A stretch of DNA of 64,000 nt from Neodothiora populina (taxonomy: Eukaryota), in assembly GCF_041146345.1 (NCBI RefSeq), contig NW_027191415.1, forward strand, positions 1 to 64,000, read 5' to 3'. Positions 59,004-64,000 of the stretch are shown one piece after another (positions within the stretch are counted from its first letter, which is position 1; each line of letters begins with the position of its first letter). Made by a program: the position numbers and the translations under genes. The notes under the pieces were generated by a model. It saw nothing but the letters and a program-made list of their open reading frames with translations. It did no database searches and was not told the DNA's origin.

Positions 59004-61857
59004 TGCTGCTGAGATTGAGGTGGATGAGGCTGACTGTTCATCATCGCATTACCCAGATATCCACCTGGTCCATGAGGCGGAGGTCGCTGCTGCGGCGGGG
59101 GCGGCAGTGGCTGTTGCTGCTGCGCTTGTTGCTGTCCCTGATACGCGCTCCAAGGTCCATGGTGTCCTATAGTCTGTCCCAGAGACGGCAAAGACGGGCC
59201 TTGGCCGCCACCGCCGCCTACTGTCATGTGTGGCTGTGGCGGGGGTGGTGCAGTCGAAACAGGAAGCCCGGGTTGAGCTACACTTGCGCTCGAAGTGGTG
59301 GGAGGTAGTGCATACGGAACATGGGCGAACCCGGGATGTGCATTTGTAGGGGGGAAGGGAGAGCGGTATTCGCTCGCATGCGGATGTTGTGGCACTTGAA
59401 CTTGAGAAGGATGACTCTGTGGTGGTGCTCGAGGTGGCGGACCCGGTTGTTGTTGTTGTTGCTGTTGTTGCTGTTGCTGCTGTTGTTGTTGCTGAGGGGG
59501 CATCTGTAATTGTGGCTGTAGCTGCGGAGGCGGTGGCGGTGGTGGTCCGAATGGTGATATATAGCCTCCTTGACCGGCGGGATGATACGGCTGTCCATAG
59601 GCATGCACTGGCGGTTGTTGATGAGGGTGAGGATGTTGATGAGGAGGTGGATGATGGAGCGGTGGGGCAGGATGGTGAAGACCGCGATGCATGGGTGGCA
59701 GTCCCATGTGGCTTGCTTGTGCGTGAGCACTCTGCATCGCCACGGCATGTGCTCGTTGCCTTTCGACGTGTTCCGCCTTCTCGCGTGCTTTCTGTGCCGC
59801 TTTCTCTTCCGCTGCCTTGGCTTTGCGCTTGGCCCACCATTCCACCATGCTTTGCGATCGTTTCTCCGACCGTGGGACCTTCTTTTGGGATCAGTAGATA
59901 CTCCTGAGGCCGAGCCCCCTGTCCCTGCCGCAGCGCCTGACGATGGAACACCTGAGACGGAAGGCGTCGCTGAAGAGACAAGCTCGTCTGGCGAACGTGC
60001 GCCTCCGCGCTGTGGTGAGCCTGAGGTACCGTTTGCCCCGGCACCTGTAGTAGGCTTCGGTTGGCGAGGTCCCTTTGGTATGCCGGCATCGGATCGCTTG
60101 TGGTGATTCTTACTTCCCTTTGGACGACCTTTGCGTTTACCACTTGCGGTCAAGGAGACTCCGTCAACACTATAGCCACCATCACCATCGCCATCACCGT
60201 CGCCGTCACCGTCCATGTCATCGCCTTCACCGGGTGAACCTTCGGGATCTGGCGTTTCAGCTGCACTTCCTGCGCCAGCCGCGATGCTATCCTCACGCTG
60301 TGAGTAAGGGGGTACAGAACTTCTTCCGCCCTCTGAGCCCGAAAAGTCACCATCGTCGGCATCTGAGGGCGGCGCCGATGTGCTGACGACACTTTCTGCG
60401 CGCATCTCTTGGATTCGCTTGCCAAGAAGCCCTCCTTTGCCACCGCCGCCTCTGCCGCCACGGTTGGTACCACGTCCACGTGTTGCTGCTGCTCTAGTGC
60501 CGCGCTTGACGGGCTGTGGCTGTTGCTCGATTTCTGGTGTCTCGCTGACTGCGATGTTACGCTTCGCCCTGGTCGATGTCGCAGACGGTGCACCATCGAA
60601 TCTGGTGACGGGCTTTCTAGGCCTTCTACCTACAGCAGGCTCCTCGGGGACGACATTGCTGGTGCTGATACCGGATTGACCTCGAGGTTGCCTCGTGCGC
60701 AGCTCACGACCAGACGAGTCGCGCACAACCCTTTGCGCGATAGGGTCCTGAAAGCCAGTCTTCTTGGCATCGTAGACATAATCGTAGAGATCCGCTTCTT
60801 TCTGATCCTCGAAGACTTGCTGATCGACGGGGTTTCGCTGACCGGTGGCTGGCTTACGCGGTATCGCAGCATGCGAAGCAGTGATTTTCTCAAGTTGAAG
60901 ATACTCGTCTTGCCATGCTCGTAATGCGGCCGCTGTATTGGCGGCGAGTGCGTACAAGTTGTCTGTGTGACGCTTCTCAGGCGCATGTTTGGTCAGGGCG
61001 TCAACGAAGAGAGCGGCTTTAGTCATTGGCTGGTAGAGTTTGAGATAAAGATCTTGAGCTTCATCGTCGGGCAAATTCGGATCATCGAAGGGTTCGTCAG
61101 TAAAGGGCGAAGGGAGCTCGTTGTCACTCAGGACATCTTCTTCTGGGGGCAACAGCTCCGGAGGTGGCGTAGGCTCGCGCGAGAGAGGTTTCGAGGCAGC
61201 CTGTTGGCCGCCCCTGCGTCTCCGTCTGATTGGCGCAGCTCGAGCAGATGCAATTGGCACGGCACTCTTGGGCGCTATTGATCTGGGCTCTGAGTAGTCG
61301 TCGTCGCCATTCAATTGCTTCTGAGGACTTTCGTCCGAAGCAGCTTCTCCCTCGGCATCGTCTTCGGCGTCCTCAACATCGTCTGCGGATGCTTTCTGAT
61401 GCTTGGTCAGGGGTGCGGAAGGGTCATTGTCATCGTCTTCGAAAGACCTTTTCCGTTTCGACGAAGCAATCAGTGGCTTGGCCACACCGGCGCTGCTTAC
61501 CGTGGACTCATGCACATCTTCGCGACGAGCTCGCCTCTCGGCACGTGAGTTGGCAAGATCTGGCTTTGGATGCCTGCGCTTCTGGTCGGCAAATTCATAA
61601 AGCTGAAGAATTTCCGGATTGACACCGGAAACAATCAGGAGATCTCCATCTCTGAAGGTTTCGACTCTGCCTGAATGAGAATTGGCAAATACATTAGAAG
61701 AAGCAGGACCCGAGGCGCCGGCTATTGATCGTGTGACCTTTCTTGGAGTTAGACTTGGCGGTTTACCCGGTGGAGACGAGTTGAAAGAATTGCGAGTTGC
61801 TCTGCTCCTGACTGGACTCACTGCTGGTGGTGGATCATGAGCGCGAGTTTGCATCAT
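58796..61857 (-). CDS. Large, mostly disordered protein with an AT-hook-like motif and poly-Q/Pro C-terminus; apparent frameshift at 59883-59886
   Basis: Ordered block WQDEYLQL...PRKPATG...FEDQKEADLYDYVYD..K.GFQDP; KRKGRPKGSKN; the coding frame switches to KKVPRSEKRSQSMVEWWAKRK and polyQ. Nuclear localisation is inferred. Confidence 0.78.
58850..59010 (-). repeat. CAG/CAA trinucleotide tracts encoding polyglutamine (a further tract at ~59447-59492)
   Basis: (GTT)n/(GCT)n runs on the + strand, in frame with the 58796..59848 ORF. Confidence 0.9.
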
Positions 61858-62944
61858 TTGACTGTTGTGAGGTTGGATCGATCGAGATAGAAGTAACTTT
61901 TGACTTTTTGGCAGACCAGGCAGGGTTTTGACGTAGTGCCGGAGCGATGTGATGATGGAAAGAGGAAAAGTAACGAGGACGACGACAAGAATAAAGAGAC
62001 AGCTATGCGTCAATGAGACGCTGTTGATAAGATGACAAAGAATGTATTGTCGCGGCGACAATTGGAGGATGGTCAGTAAATGGTCGGAAAATGGTGGAGT
62101 CTAGTATATAAAATTGCATTCATCCGAGTTTGTGCAGGACGGTGCAGGCGGATTGGTGCGGCGAGGGATACACGCAGTATGCCTATTATGGCGCAAGATA
62201 ATTTGATGAAGAGAAAGAGAAACAGGTAGATGCAAGTTTCGAGTCGCTGGATGCCAGACAGGAATACACATGGAGGTGAATATGGAATCGCCGTAGACAT
62301 ATGCATACAGTACTTGTTAGGTGAAGATGCTCGCGCGGTCGGCTACGGTACATGGCCAAGTGCGACTAGACCAGAAACAGAAAAGCGCTGGCGGCAGGTC
62401 CGTACCCCAGGCATTGTGCATCTTGAGTTCTGAGGTGACGATTTCCCCTTTGTAAAACAAGTGCCGTACGAACTTGTGAATTCCTCTCCTTACCTTAAGG
62501 TAGGTAAAGATCGATAATTAGCAATATCGTGGACCCTTGACCATTGTTGTGTTCTCAGCGCACGCTTTGACAATTGGAACTCAAGTCACAATTGCTTCCC
62601 CAGAGAAAAGACCCTCGCCCTGTAGGAGGTGGAGCTTCCTGTACTGTAGCTTTCATTTCTAGATCGCCTAAGGTGTCATTGATCAATAAAGTCCGCTTTG
62701 AGCATCGCAATTCGGTTGTTGTTATTGTCACATACCTTAGCTGACCTCACAGCACTTTATGCACCTGCCTTGTCCTTGATATTCGTGCACAATCTACAGC
62801 TTCACCAGCACAACTCGATTACCTTCCAGTGTTGCATCAAACCACAATCTTCCCCCGCTCTTCATCAATTGTACCTTACTTGTAGCATCATACCACAACA
62901 CCATCGTTGAACCCACTTTTATACCACGATATACACAATAAACC

Positions 62945-64000
62945 ATGTCGCACAAGAAGCCTCCGACCAACGAAGATTTGTTTGCAGCCCTTGACGAACT
63001 CCCCTCCGAGGACACTCCTGCAGTGGCATCATCCACCACTCCTCGTCCAGACGCAGCTGCTGCACCCACATCTTCCTCCTTGAGTCCACCACCAGCAGCG
63101 CCCGTTCCCGACGATGACGATCCACTGGCAGAGCTGAGTGCGCTGGCCGCTGCCCGTCCGACCTCGCGTCCCGGCACCCCTCGCCATTCAAGCGCCACGA
63201 CATCCAGCACGAGCACGAAACGAGCAGAACACACCCCCGCAAGCTCTGGTCCCCCTAGCAATAGAACGAGCGAGGACAGGTTGAGGGCTGTCGCACCATC
63301 TGCCCCGAGGAAGAGCACCGAGAGCAGCCGCAGTGCACTCAATCACAGCTTCATCGCCGAGGACAAGAACGAGTCAGCGACAGCGACAGCGACAGCAGCG
63401 GGCACAGACGACACCTCTCACCACACGCCAGAGCAGCCGGCTGCTTCGAGTGGTGGAGGCTGGTGGGGAAGTGTCTTCAATGTCGCTTCTGCTGCCGTCA
63501 AGCAGGCTGAGGCTGCCGTCAAGGAGATTCGTGGCAATGAGGAGGTGCTCAAGTACGCCGAGCAGGTCAAGGGCAATGCGAAGCTGCTGCGTGAGTACGG
63601 TATGTTTGTCTGATGATCATGTTGGGGAGGAATGATGCTGATGCGGACTTTGGTGCTCCAGGTGGCAATGTGCGCTCACTCGCCCTCCCTACCTTCCACT
63701 CCCTCATTCAGACCATCGCCCCGCCCATCTCTGCCCACGAGCGTCTACAGATTCACATCACCCACGATATCCAGGGCTACCCTTCGCTTGATCCTCTGAT
63801 CTACTCGGTCTTCGCCCGTGTCATGTCACAGGTCGAAGGCGGCGATCTCCTTGTCATCCAAAGAGGCAGCGAGTCTCGCGCCCGCTCTGTCTCGGATGCT
63901 GCTTACAAAGGCTCTGTCCTCGGCGGAAACTCTGGATGGACTGATGGCCCTTGGTGGCGTGACGAGAACCAGATCAGGGACATTGCAGCCATCCGCGGCG
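62945..64000 (+). CDS. MTC1: Maintenance of telomere capping protein 1, 5' part (intron 63600-63661; runs off the window)
   Basis: GGGWWGS...SAAVKQAEAAVKEI, then LIQTIAPPISAHERLQIHITHDIQGYPSLDPLIYSVFARVMSQVEGGDLLVIQRG. Confidence 0.88.

Noticed and set aside
1..64000. tRNA, rRNA, CRISPR arrays, telomeric repeats, Starship/tyrosine-recombinase captain gene
   Set aside because: None recognised by eye; small RNA genes could have been missed without covariance-model searches.

Overview
Eukaryotic nuclear DNA from a filamentous ascomycete (Pezizomycotina), judged by short GT-AG introns with CTRAY branch sites and RIP-type transposon decay; the species cannot be determined from the sequence. The window has two compartments. 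(1) About 1-12 kb is a decaying accessory zone. It holds a RIP-mutated LINE (RNase H plus C-terminal Zn-knuckle) whose 3' end is tandemly duplicated with (CAAT)n tails, then five consecutive disrupted genes: family III CoA-transferase, PAN/apple Ser/Thr-rich secreted protein, MFS transporter, GMC oxidoreductase and PTH11-like membrane protein. (2) About 12.6-64 kb is gene-dense and mostly intact: F-box protein, GH43, a small membrane protein, HeLo-domain protein, UTP7, GH71, SEC17, a small protein with a GC-AG intron, MMS22/Mus7, CipC-like protein, stand-alone thioesterase, Zn-ADH, RAD7, HSPA12-type Hsp70, RING-CH E3 ligase, PRE8, an AT-hook-like/polyQ protein and MTC1 (partial). The best candidate for an undescribed system is the atypical Hsp70 set head-to-head with a multi-exon gene whose C-terminus reads like a GrpE-type beta-domain. 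This suggests a dedicated Hsp70/co-factor pair; the partner carries an in-frame TGA. A TAAGGTA/TACCTTA motif, often palindromic, recurs at six intergenic sites. All family calls come from reading motifs by eye; no database searches were run.
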